Source: Candidatus Omnitrophota bacterium (GTDB lineage: Bacteria; Omnitrophota; Gorgyraeia; Gygaellales; Profunditerraquicolaceae). From it: 64,000 nucleotides of DNA. The DNA is taken from positions 15,001 through 79,000 of the forward strand of contig JAZDMX010000014.1 of NCBI GenBank assembly GCA_043800555.1. The letters run 5' to 3'. Positions 1 to 9,641 of this stretch are shown here, piece after piece (the stretch's first letter is position 1; the number at the start of each line of letters is the position of its first letter). The position numbers were made by a program, and so were the translations under genes. Under the pieces are notes generated by a model. It saw only the letters and a program-made list of their open reading frames with translations. It searched no databases and was not told the origin of the DNA.

Positions 1-83
1 TCAAGGCAACGCTTAAAGACTGGGTTTGGCTTTGTTTAGCAGTAATAATATTTACCGGAGCCGTCAAATTTAATAATGGATGA
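1..83 (+). CDS. 3' end of a membrane protein, probably ECF transporter T component (CbiQ/NikQ); partial
   Basis: Frame from nt 3 reads KATLKDWVWLCLAVIIFTGAVKFNNG* (hydrophobic tail); the stop overlaps the start of the CbiO-like ATPase (ATGGATGA). Confidence 0.55.
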   Translation, partial: KATLKDWVWLCLAVIIFTGAVKFNNG

Positions 84-942
84 ATTGATCTGTTCGCCGG
101 AATTCAGGCCCCGCTGTTTAGGTAGCGGCGCCGAGGGATTTATTTTTAAGCTGGATAACGTGCATTTTTCATATCTAAATAAATTTCCCGCTCTCTGCGG
201 GATAGATATGGAAATTAAAAAAGCAGAGAAAATAGCTGTCCTTGGAGCAAATGGCTCGGGAAAATCCACGCTTTTGCAGCTATTGGACGCGCTTATCTTT
301 CCGGGCAAGGGGAGCGTTGAAGCCTTTGGCCGGAAACTGCTGGAAACTGATTTTAGCGACCCGGAATTTTGCCGTTCTTTCAGGAGCAGGGTAGGCTTAG
401 TCTTCCAGAACCCGGATATCCAGCTTTTCTGCTCGACGGTAAAAGAGGATATTTATTTCGGGCCATTACAGCTGGGTGTTGAGAAAAACGAGGCAAAAAA
501 ACGGGTGGAGAGGATAACCGAAGGTTTAAGGATAGGCGATTTGCTGGATCGCGCCCCGCACCAATTAAGCGTGGGAGAGAAACGTAAAGCTGCAATCGCC
601 ACTGTTTTGGCGATTGAGCCGGAAGTTATCCTTTTGGACGAGCCGACAGCCGGCCTTGACCCGCAGACCGCCAGGCATATAATAGACATTATCATCGAAG
701 CCAATGAGCGCGGAAAAACCATTATCACCGCTACCCACGATTTGCATATCGTGGAAGAAATAGCGGATACAGTTTATATTTTAAGCCGGGAGAAACGGGT
801 AGCCAGGTTTGGCCCCGCGGATAAATTATTATCCGACACAGGTCTTTTGCAGGAGCATAATTTGACGCATATCCACAAGCATAAGCATAATGGCCAGGCG
901 CATATTCATTCGCATCAGCACTTGGACCATCATGAGCATTAA
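76..942 (+). CDS. cbiO: ECF-type Co/Ni transporter ATPase with His-rich C-terminus
   Basis: Walker A GANGSGKST, Q-loop FQNPD, signature LSVGEKRK, LLDEPTAGLD, THD; tail HIHKHKHNGQAHIHSHQHLDHHEH. Confidence 0.9.
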   Translation: MDELICSPEFRPRCLGSGAEGFIFKLDNVHFSYLNKFPALCGIDMEIKKAEKIAVLGANGSGKSTLLQLLDALIFPGKGSVEAFGRKLLETDFSDPEFCRSFRSRVGLVFQNPDIQLFCSTVKEDIYFGPLQLGVEKNEAKKRVERITEGLRIGDLLDRAPHQLSVGEKRKAAIATVLAIEPEVILLDEPTAGLDPQTARHIIDIIIEANERGKTIITATHDLHIVEEIADTVYILSREKRVARFGPADKLLSDTGLLQEHNLTHIHKHKHNGQAHIHSHQHLDHHEH

Positions 943-951
943 AAGGAAGAC

Positions 952-2127
952 ATGAAAAAGAGGCCATTATTTGTTTTCGCGTTTTTAATCCCGGCGTTAT
1001 TTCTGGCTTTAAGCAAAGCGCAGGGGGAGGAATTGCCCAAGCTGTTAGTTTTTCATTCACCGGCCTGCCATAGGTGCCTAGAAGTAAAAAAAGATATCCT
1101 GCCTCAAGTAGAGGATGCGTTTAAGGGTAAGATCAAGGTGGAATATTATGATATTTCCGATATCAAGAATTATGCCTTTTTGTTCGGGCTTAAAGAAAAA
1201 TACAGCAAGAATTTCGAACTGGATTTGCCGGTATTTTTTATCAATGGGCAGTTGGTAAACGGAAAAGGGGATGTAAAGAGTAACCTGGAAATAGCTATCA
1301 ATGTCGCCCTGGGAGAGTCGCAAAGAAGCGAGTCGGCCCTGGCGGTAGATTTAGTCAGGCATTTTAACGGTTTTAAGCCTTTGGCTATCGCCAGCTCCGG
1401 ATTAATCGACGGAATCAACCCTTGCGCCTTTACGGTCATCGTATTCTTTATTTCCTATTTGGCTTTTCAGGGCTATAGAAGGCTTGAGCTTATAATTATC
1501 GGCCTGACTTTTATATTCGCCGTATTCTGCACCTATTTATTGATTGGTTTGGGGATATTTAATTTTCTTTACCAGCTCGATAGTTTTTGGGTTATCTCCA
1601 AGGTCTTTAATATTTTGATCGGGATATTCAGCTTAATACTGGGTGGGGCGGCTATTTACGATTTATTAAAATTCAGGAAAACGCTTGATACGGAAGGCTT
1701 GCTTTTACAATTGCCGAAAGCGGTTAAAAACCAGATTCATTCCATAATCGGTTCGCATTATCGTAAAACAGGCGCGCTAGAAGCAACAAAAAAGACGGTA
1801 TTCGGGCGTTTGGCCAGGTTGTCCGTAAGCGCCCTTATCACCGGGTTTTTGGTTTCTATACTGGAAGCGGTTTGCACCGGGCAGCTTTATCTTCCGGTAA
1901 TTACCTTTATATTAAAATCCACGCCGCTTAAATTAAAGGCTTTAGGGTATCTGGTAGTTTACAATATTATGTTTATTGTCCCGTTATTTATAATATTCCT
2001 TTTGGCTTTGTTTGGAGTGACTTCGGGGCAATTCGCCCAATTCATCAAAAAGCACATGGTTACCGTAAAAGTCCTTATGAGTATTATGTTCATCGGTTTA
2101 GGGGTATTTTTAATCTGGAGGGGGTAG
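952..2127 (+). CDS. Thioredoxin/glutaredoxin-like domain fused to a CcdA/DsbD-like membrane domain
   Basis: Signal peptide, CHRC (CxxC) motif, membrane domain with DGINPCAF and EAVCTGQLY cysteines, multiple TM helices. Confidence 0.75.
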   Translation: MKKRPLFVFAFLIPALFLALSKAQGEELPKLLVFHSPACHRCLEVKKDILPQVEDAFKGKIKVEYYDISDIKNYAFLFGLKEKYSKNFELDLPVFFINGQLVNGKGDVKSNLEIAINVALGESQRSESALAVDLVRHFNGFKPLAIASSGLIDGINPCAFTVIVFFISYLAFQGYRRLELIIIGLTFIFAVFCTYLLIGLGIFNFLYQLDSFWVISKVFNILIGIFSLILGGAAIYDLLKFRKTLDTEGLLLQLPKAVKNQIHSIIGSHYRKTGALEATKKTVFGRLARLSVSALITGFLVSILEAVCTGQLYLPVITFILKSTPLKLKALGYLVVYNIMFIVPLFIIFLLALFGVTSGQFAQFIKKHMVTVKVLMSIMFIGLGVFLIWRG

Positions 2128-2514
2128 ATGAAGGGCTTTGCGGGTTTTGGGTCGCGGGTTTTCCGCCTGGCTACGGTTTTATTTCTTACATATACGGTTT
2201 CTCTTGCCGGTCAGATTGACCCTTATACCTGGGATTTTGGGCAAGTCAAGCAGGGAGAGGTACTCTTGCATAAGTTTACCTTAAAGAATGAGTCTGCCCA
2301 GAAGCTAAGGATTACGGGAGTAAATACCTCCTGCGGCTACACTGTTTCAGAGGCCAAATCCAGGGTCCTGCTCCCGCAGGAATCTACCGAAATCGAGGTT
2401 AAATTCAATTCCAAAGGTTATGCGGGCCCGGTGCAGCAGTTTGTATATGTTAATACCGATTCCATTGACAAGCCGCTGATTAGGTTTATAATTAAAGCTG
2501 ATGTAGCTAATTAA
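2128..2514 (+). CDS. DUF1573-like exported Ig-fold protein
   Basis: WDFGQV...F.LKN...L.I..V.TSCGYT...L.P.ES..I.V.F pattern; N-terminal hydrophobic segment. Confidence 0.8.
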   Translation: MKGFAGFGSRVFRLATVLFLTYTVSLAGQIDPYTWDFGQVKQGEVLLHKFTLKNESAQKLRITGVNTSCGYTVSEAKSRVLLPQESTEIEVKFNSKGYAGPVQQFVYVNTDSIDKPLIRFIIKADVAN

Positions 2515-2531
2515 GAAGGAGCGTGATTTAA

Positions 2532-3497
2532 ATGTGGTCTCTACAATTAAGGATGTGGTTATTGTTGACGGTGCTTTTCGGTTTTATCTATGCGGCCAGC
2601 GTTGTCATAGGCAGGTCTTTTTTGCACTTCGGGGGTTTTAGCTTTTATCTGGTTATATCCCTGGTGCTTATGTTTATCCAGTATATGATCGGGCCCAAGA
2701 TAGTCGAGTGGACCATGCGGGTTAAATACCTCAAGCGGGCGGATAACCCGAGGCTGTTTCAAATGGTTGAAAGCCTGGCTATGCGCGCCAATATCCCTGC
2801 GCCTAAAATAGGCATTGCCCAGATTGAGATCCCCAATGCTTTTGCTTTCGGCAGAAGCCTTGGAGATGGCAGGGTCTGCGTTACGCAAGGGATATTGAAT
2901 TTACTTAGCGACGAAGAACTGAAGGCGGTCTTGGGCCATGAGCTGACGCATTTGAAAAACAGGGATGTTTTGACGATTACGCTACTTTCGGTAATCCCTA
3001 TGGTTATGTATAGGATCGCCTGGCAGTTCCTTTTTTTTGGCCGCAGGCGCGATAGCGACAGGGGAGGCAATACCGTTTTAATCGGGTTGGCAGCGTTTAT
3101 TTTTTATTTTATCACCAATCTTTTGGTCCTTTACGCCTCCCGGATTCGCGAATATTTTGCGGACAGGGGCTCGCTAGCTTTAGGAAATCAGCCTTCGGTG
3201 CTTGCTTCAAGCCTGTATAAGCTTGTTTATGGTTCAGCGCGGATGAGCCCGGAATCATTGCGGGAGTCCGAAGGGCTTAAGGCCTTTTTCGTAAATGACC
3301 CATCGCAGGCCAGAAACGAAATTAAAGAATTGTCCCAGCTTGATTTGGATAAAAGCGGGACAATCGATCCTTCGGAGTTGGCGCTTTTGAGGAACAAAAA
3401 CGTACGCTTAGGGGCCGGGGACAGGCTAATGGAACTTTTAAGCACCCATCCAAATATGCTTAAGCGCATAAAGAAGCTATCGGAATACAAGGGTTAG
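2532..3497 (+). CDS. htpX: Zinc metalloprotease HtpX (M48)
   Basis: PNAFAFG, LGHELTH, SRIREYFAD, STHP motifs; TM helices; GGAG RBS. Confidence 0.93.
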   Translation: MWSLQLRMWLLLTVLFGFIYAASVVIGRSFLHFGGFSFYLVISLVLMFIQYMIGPKIVEWTMRVKYLKRADNPRLFQMVESLAMRANIPAPKIGIAQIEIPNAFAFGRSLGDGRVCVTQGILNLLSDEELKAVLGHELTHLKNRDVLTITLLSVIPMVMYRIAWQFLFFGRRRDSDRGGNTVLIGLAAFIFYFITNLLVLYASRIREYFADRGSLALGNQPSVLASSLYKLVYGSARMSPESLRESEGLKAFFVNDPSQARNEIKELSQLDLDKSGTIDPSELALLRNKNVRLGAGDRLMELLSTHPNMLKRIKKLSEYKG

Positions 3498-3508
3498 CCA
3501 AATAGGTT

Positions 3509-3573
3509 AAATAAGGACAGCGGCTGTTTTTCCGGTTTTCTCTCTGCGGAAAAAACGGCCGCTGTTCCTATTT
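3509..3573. repeat. Long imperfect inverted repeat (REP-like or terminator) after htpX
   Basis: aaataaggacagcggctgtttttccg / cggaaaaaacggccgctgttcctattt; shares aataaggacagcg with the hairpin at 49449. Confidence 0.7.
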
Positions 3574-3710
3574 AGCGTTCAAGAAGCTCGCAGGCATATG
3601 TTCGCGAATGTACGGCGGCAGGCCCCTTACTTATCCGCAGGGCGAATAGCCCGAGGATAAGTAAGGCGGCGACGCGGCAGGACCCGCCACAGTAGACTTT
3701 CGCAGGGTTC

Positions 3711-5085
3711 ATAAAGTAAAATATATTTCGCACTTTGACATTGCCAGATAAATAAAAAAGGCATATCCTCTTAGGTTGATAAACTCGTAATTTATTAACC
3801 TAACCGGCCCTTACGGGCCAGCAAAGGAGGATACGCCTTATGAGCAAGTCAGTAAATTTTTCTACAGATAATCTACCAAAGCAATGGCAATATGTAAAGC
3901 GTAACTTACGAGAGATGGGCATAGTGAGTCAAGCAGGAATTGAAGATATAGAAGTTCGGGCCCGGCTTGTAGTAGAAGCATTCTTTCAGCGGGGTGTATT
4001 TGCCGAATTCCGCCAGCAGCTCAAGGCAGATGTATATGAGCGCGCCGATGAGCGGGAAGACATTCGTTCAGGGACCTACGCGCGGTATTTCACGACTACG
4101 TTTGGCAGGGCAAGGCTATTAATTCCAAAGGTCAGGAAGAAGAGCAAGGAGTATTTCTATAATCTTTTCGCCAAGTATCAGCGCCGGCAGGAGAAGTTTG
4201 ACGATATGGTAGTGTTATCCATGCTGCTAGGGTTCTCTACTCGCAAGCAGCAAAAATTCTTCCGTGCTTTTATCGGTGATTCGGTGAGCCATCAGACAGC
4301 CTCAAGGTTGTTGCATGGCCTTGCCGATGATCTACGCGTCTATCAAACCAAGCCAATAGAAGATAGATACCGGTTCCTTCTTCTAGACGGGTTATGGGTG
4401 CATATCAAAGAGATAGACATCAAGAAGAGGCCTATTCTCTTTGCCTTAGGTATAACTAAAGACGGTAAACAGGAGATTATCGCCTTTAAATTAGCCAAGG
4501 GCGAGACCGAAGAAGAATATACGGCCTTCCTCAACGATCTATACCGTAGAGGGCTCTTGGGTAAGTCGTTGGAATTGATTATTCAGGACGGTTCAGAGGC
4601 AATAACTGCCGCAGTTAATACTGTCTATCCCTATACGCCACGGCAACGCTGTTATACGCATAAGCTTAGGAATCTCTTGCAGAATATCCGGCACAAGATT
4701 AAACACAGGCCTAAGATGGCGCGTCAAGCCAGCAACATCTACAAAGCATCCTCCCGGCAGGAGGCCATCAGGCGCTTCAGGATTTTTGTCAACCGTTGGC
4801 GGCACATTGAGCCGAGGGCAACTAAATGCTTCCAGGATGAATTTTATCATACACTTAACTTCTATGACTTCCCGAAAGCAGTGCGCTCTGCCATATCCAC
4901 CACTAACCATTTAGAGCGCTTCCTTGAAGAGATTAGAAGGCGGATTAAGATTCAAGGCTATTTTAAGAACGAACGCAGCCTAAATCTTTGGATGTTTGGG
5001 CTTATAAAGCATATAAATTTAAACCCAATCCAACAACCTAAGGGCTACGCTTCAAAGCAAAAGTGCGAAATAATCCTTGCTTAAC
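3711..5085 (+). mobile_element. IS256-family insertion sequence
   Basis: Transposase ORF flanked by imperfect ~26 bp inverted repeats (ataaagtaaaatatatttcgcacttt / aaagtgcgaaataatccttgcttaac); no clear target-site duplication. Confidence 0.8.
3840..5084 (+). CDS. IS256 (mutator-type) DDE transposase
   Basis: R.G.Y.R...T.FG, LLLDGL, IIQDG, QRCYTHKLRN, TTNHLERFLEEIRRR motifs; GGAGG RBS. Confidence 0.95.
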   Translation: MSKSVNFSTDNLPKQWQYVKRNLREMGIVSQAGIEDIEVRARLVVEAFFQRGVFAEFRQQLKADVYERADEREDIRSGTYARYFTTTFGRARLLIPKVRKKSKEYFYNLFAKYQRRQEKFDDMVVLSMLLGFSTRKQQKFFRAFIGDSVSHQTASRLLHGLADDLRVYQTKPIEDRYRFLLLDGLWVHIKEIDIKKRPILFALGITKDGKQEIIAFKLAKGETEEEYTAFLNDLYRRGLLGKSLELIIQDGSEAITAAVNTVYPYTPRQRCYTHKLRNLLQNIRHKIKHRPKMARQASNIYKASSRQEAIRRFRIFVNRWRHIEPRATKCFQDEFYHTLNFYDFPKAVRSAISTTNHLERFLEEIRRRIKIQGYFKNERSLNLWMFGLIKHINLNPIQQPKGYASKQKCEIILA

Positions 5086-5101
5086 TTTTCGCTAAATAAC
5101 C

Positions 5102-5130
5102 TTGACAAGGGGCGGGCTAAATGGTATAGT
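5102..5130 (+). promoter_or_regulatory. Sigma70-type promoter of the pyr operon
   Basis: TTGACA-17 nt-TATAGT with extended -10 TG. Confidence 0.8.
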
Positions 5131-5148
5131 TAACCAATACAGAAAGGA

Positions 5149-5248
5149 CCTTTAAGCCGGCTCATGAGAAGCCGATAAGGCGGATAAGATGAAAAACCGA
5201 GCATTAAAAATCAAGGACCCTTGGGAGATGACCCGAGGGTATTTTTTT
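5149..5248 (+). promoter_or_regulatory. PyrR-binding stem-loop plus attenuator terminator
   Basis: cctttaagccggctcatgagaagccgataagg resembles a PyrR binding loop; followed by hairpin acccttggg/cccgagggt plus T-run, directly upstream of pyrR. Confidence 0.7.
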
Positions 5249-5334
5249 ATCTTTGGGACGGCCGGCTTAATGGCCGAAGATAAAGTTTTTGCGTGATCGC
5301 AGGCAAAAGGTTATCCTCTAAGCCGCGCTGGTAA

Positions 5335-5907
<573 letters not shown>

Positions 5908-5947
5908 GTTATTAGCTGATAGGTAAAACTATGGGCTATGAGCTAAC

Positions 5948-6892
5948 ATGACCTGGACTAGAAAAGATTTATTAGGCTTAGAAGAACTGGCTAAAGAAGA
6001 AATCGAGCTGGTGCTTTCTACCGCCGAGAGCTTTAAAGAGATTTCAACCCGCGAGATCAAAAAAGTACCGGCGTTGCGCGGGAAAACAGTGGTAAATTTA
6101 TTTTACGAACCTTCTACCCGCACCCGCGTTTCCTTTGAAGTGGCCGCCAAAAGATTATCCGCGGACGTAATCAATATTGCTTCAGAAACCTCCAGCGTCA
6201 GAAAAGGGGAAACGCTTATTGATACAGGAAGGAACATCGAAGCCTTGAAGGCCGATATCATCGTCATGCGCCATAATTGCAGCGGCGCTTCAGCCATGCT
6301 TAGCCGCAATGTAAATTTAAGCGTTGTAAATGCCGGGGATGGCTGGCATGAGCACCCTACCCAGGCCTTGCTGGATATCTTTACATTAAAAGAAAGGCTA
6401 GGGAGAATAGAAGGCTTACGCGTAAGCATTGTTGGCGACATCGCGCATTCGCGGGTAGCCCGTTCCAATATTTGGGGGTTAATAAAGCTGGGGGCACAAG
6501 TAACGGTTTGCGCGCCAAAAATGCTGATACCTCCGGGAATCGAAGGCATGGGCGTAACTGTGTCTAATGATATAGATTTTGCCCTTAAAGATGCGGATGC
6601 GGTAAACGTTTTAAGGATGCAATTTGAGCGCGACGGCCAAACAGCCTTTCCGAAGCAGTTGGAATATTTCAGGGAATTCGGGGTCACCGAAGAGAGGTTA
6701 AAGAAGGCAAAAAAAGACATCATCGTAATGCATCCCGGGCCGATAAACCGCGGCATTGAAATGTCCAGCGCGGTAGCCGACGGAGCGCATTCCGTGATCC
6801 TGGATCAGGTTACCAATGGCATCGCGGTAAGAATGGCGGTGTTATTTCTGGTAGCGCAAGCTAATGATAAAATCAACGGAGGGCCGGGGTGA
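5948..6892 (+). CDS. pyrB: Aspartate carbamoyltransferase catalytic subunit
   Basis: FYEPSTRTRVSFE, NAGDG.HEHPTQALLD, MHPGPINRG. Confidence 0.98.
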   Translation: MTWTRKDLLGLEELAKEEIELVLSTAESFKEISTREIKKVPALRGKTVVNLFYEPSTRTRVSFEVAAKRLSADVINIASETSSVRKGETLIDTGRNIEALKADIIVMRHNCSGASAMLSRNVNLSVVNAGDGWHEHPTQALLDIFTLKERLGRIEGLRVSIVGDIAHSRVARSNIWGLIKLGAQVTVCAPKMLIPPGIEGMGVTVSNDIDFALKDADAVNVLRMQFERDGQTAFPKQLEYFREFGVTEERLKKAKKDIIVMHPGPINRGIEMSSAVADGAHSVILDQVTNGIAVRMAVLFLVAQANDKINGGPG

Positions 6893-8166
6893 AAATATTG
6901 ATTAAAGGCGCCAGAGTAGTTGACCCGGGGAATAAGCTTGACGAAACAATGGACATACTGGTAGAGGGCGCCAAGGTGGCCAGGGTGGCCAAAAATATCC
7001 AGGTTGAGGCACAGGAGATAATTGCGGCGCAAGGAAAGATTGTTATGCCGGGCATAGTAGATATGCACGTGCATTTAAGGGAGCCGGGCCGGGAAGACAA
7101 AGAAACCGTCTGCAGCGGCTCCAGGGCCGCTCTGGCCGGCGGAGTTACCAGCATTTTAGCTATGCCGAATACTGACCCGGCTATGGACTCCGTCGAGCAT
7201 ATAAAAATTCTTAGGGAGGCTATCCAGAAGAGCGCCAAGAATAATGTTTTTATCTGCGCGGCAATCACTAAGGGCAGGCAGGGGCAGGAGCTAAACGATA
7301 TAGCCGGACTTAAGAAATCCGGAGCAGTAGCCGTTTCTGACGACGGCGCGTCAGTGGAATCGGATAATGTAATGCTAGAATGCCTAAGAGCCGCTAAAAA
7401 AGAAGGAATTTTAGTGGTTTGCCACTCGGAAGATAAAAAACTTTCCAATGGCGGCCAGGTAAACCTGGGTTTTACCTCTACGCGTTTGGGGCTGCGCGGC
7501 GTGCCAGCCGAATCCGAATATAAAAGAATAAGCCGCGATATCGAACTGGCAGAAAAATCAGGCGCCAGTATTCATATTGCCCATATTAGCTGTAAGGAAT
7601 CGGTTGAAATCATTGCCAAGGCCAAGAAAAAGGGGATAAAGGTTACCTGCGAAACCGCTCCGCACTATTTTACTTTTAGCGACGAGGCAGTTCTGGGCTA
7701 CGATACTAATTTCAAGATGAACCCGCCCTTGAGGGCTAAGGCTGATGTTTTGGCTATACGCAGAGGTTTGGCCGACGGCACAATCGATGTCATTGCTTCC
7801 GACCACGCCCCGCATACCGAGAACGAAAAGGATATTGAGTTTGAGCGCGCGGAATTCGGGGTAATAGGCCTGGAAACGGAACTCTCTGCCGCCGTGACCG
7901 AGCTTATCGGCAATAATTTATTGAACTGGACTAAATTGGTTGAGAAGATGTCGTTAAACCCCGGCCGGATTTTAGGGATCGGCAAGGGGACTTTAAGCGT
8001 GGGAGCGGATGCGGATATCCTCGTGGTTGACCCCGGGAAAGAGTGGGTAGTAAAAAGAGAAAAGTTTTTATCCAAATCAAAAAACTCGCCTTTTCTCAAC
8101 CGCGCGCTTAAGGGTTTTGTCGAGTACACTCTTTGCAACGGAAAGGCGCACAAATGGAATTCATAG
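6889..8166 (+). CDS. pyrC: Dihydroorotase
   Basis: DMHVHLREPG, AMPNT, KMNPPLR, ASDHAPH. Confidence 0.97.
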   Translation: MKILIKGARVVDPGNKLDETMDILVEGAKVARVAKNIQVEAQEIIAAQGKIVMPGIVDMHVHLREPGREDKETVCSGSRAALAGGVTSILAMPNTDPAMDSVEHIKILREAIQKSAKNNVFICAAITKGRQGQELNDIAGLKKSGAVAVSDDGASVESDNVMLECLRAAKKEGILVVCHSEDKKLSNGGQVNLGFTSTRLGLRGVPAESEYKRISRDIELAEKSGASIHIAHISCKESVEIIAKAKKKGIKVTCETAPHYFTFSDEAVLGYDTNFKMNPPLRAKADVLAIRRGLADGTIDVIASDHAPHTENEKDIEFERAEFGVIGLETELSAAVTELIGNNLLNWTKLVEKMSLNPGRILGIGKGTLSVGADADILVVDPGKEWVVKREKFLSKSKNSPFLNRALKGFVEYTLCNGKAHKWNS

Positions 8167-9392
8167 CCGATTTTCATATTCATTCCAAATACTCCCGGGC
8201 AACCAGCCGCAATATGGATGTTAAGAATTTAAGCGAGTGGGCAAAGCTCAAAGGCATAACCCTGATGGGAACGGGTGACTTCACCCATCATCTATGGCTG
8301 GAGGAGCTAAAACACTCTTTGGAAGATTGCGGGAACGGACTGTATCATTATAACGGCGTATATTTTATCCTTACTGCCGAAGTCAGCAGCATCTACTCCA
8401 AGAAGGGCAAGACCTACCGCATACACAACCTTATTTTCAGCCCGTCATTCAAAACTACGGATAAGATAAATGAGAAGCTCGGCAGAATCGGCAACCTGGC
8501 TAGCGATGGCCGTCCAATACTGGGCTTGGATGCGGCAGAGCTCGCGCGCATAGTCTTTGATATAGACGAGAATTGCATGATCGTACCCGGGCATATTTGG
8601 ACTCCGTGGTTTAGTTTGTTTGGTTCGATGTCGGGGTTTGATAAAATAGAGGATTGTTTCGAAGAGCAGACGCCCAAAATATTTGCCCTGGAGACCGGGC
8701 TATCCAGCGATCCGGCGATGAATTGGAGGTTGAGCGCTTTAGATAAATTCACGCTCATATCCAACAGCGATTCGCATTCGCCGCAGAAGATCGGGCGCGA
8801 GGCCAATGTGTTTAATTGCGAGCTGGACTATAAAACAATCCGCGAAGTCCTCAAAATCAAGGACAAAAGCAAATTCTTATACACTATTGAGTTTTTTCCT
8901 GAAGAGGGCAAGTATCATTTTGACGGCCATCGGCTTTGCGGGGTCCGTTGGTCCCCAAAGGAAACCCGGGAACACGCGGGGAAGTGTTTGAAGTGCGGCA
9001 AGCCTGTTACGGTGGGGGTAGTTAACCGCGTAGAAAGATTAGCGGATAGGCCGGAAGGGTTTAAGCCGGAGAGCGCCGTGCCTTTTAAGAACCTTATTCC
9101 CCTAGAAGAGATAATAGCCGATGCCAGGGGGGTGGGTAAGGCAAGCTTAGCCGTTGAGCGTGATTATCATAATTGTTTGAGCAAATTCGGCACAGAATTT
9201 GAGATTCTGATGCGCGCCTCAAAGCAGGATTTACTTAAAGGCTTGCCCTCTAAAGTTGCTGAAGGTGTTTTAAGGGTGCGCGAAGGAAAAGTTGATATTA
9301 AAGCCGGATATGACGGGGAATACGGGATAATTTCCATCTTTGGGAAAGAAGGCCCCGGGTTGAGAAGCGAACAACAATTAAGTTTGTTTTAA
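8154..9392 (+). CDS. Endonuclease Q family protein (PHP domain plus Zn finger)
   Basis: ADFHIHSKYSRATS, GTGDFTH, HIWTPW, ETGLSSD, SNSDSHS, GKYHFDGHR.C...C.KCG; QLSLF clamp-binding-like tail; ATG at 8154. Confidence 0.88.
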   Translation: MEFIADFHIHSKYSRATSRNMDVKNLSEWAKLKGITLMGTGDFTHHLWLEELKHSLEDCGNGLYHYNGVYFILTAEVSSIYSKKGKTYRIHNLIFSPSFKTTDKINEKLGRIGNLASDGRPILGLDAAELARIVFDIDENCMIVPGHIWTPWFSLFGSMSGFDKIEDCFEEQTPKIFALETGLSSDPAMNWRLSALDKFTLISNSDSHSPQKIGREANVFNCELDYKTIREVLKIKDKSKFLYTIEFFPEEGKYHFDGHRLCGVRWSPKETREHAGKCLKCGKPVTVGVVNRVERLADRPEGFKPESAVPFKNLIPLEEIIADARGVGKASLAVERDYHNCLSKFGTEFEILMRASKQDLLKGLPSKVAEGVLRVREGKVDIKAGYDGEYGIISIFGKEGPGLRSEQQLSLF

Positions 9393-9456
9393 TATAAAAA
9401 TAAGCGCCTGTGGTTCGGCAGAAGCTCGCCACACGGCGAAAAGCAGAGTAAATTAA

Positions 9457-9528
9457 GCGCCTGTAGCGCAACGGATAGCGCACTGGCCTCCGGAGCCAGT
9501 TGTGACAGTTCGATTCTGTCCAGGCGCA
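9457..9528 (+). tRNA. tRNA-Arg(CCG)
   Basis: Acceptor gcgcctg/caggcgc, anticodon arm ctggc-ctCCGga-gccag, T-loop ttcgatt; CCA not encoded. Confidence 0.93.
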
Positions 9529-9641
9529 CAAAAATAACCGCATCCAGCATTGATCGGCACCCGGTCCGGATAAGATCCAGGCCAATGTTCGCCCGGTGAT
9601 GAATAGTTACCCTGGTGTTGCCTTTGCAGGCAAGGAGAAAA

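Noticed and set aside
9529-9641. Possible integrated-element remnant after tRNA-Arg
   Set aside because: No duplicated tRNA 3' end or integrase; short open frames have no recognisable similarity.
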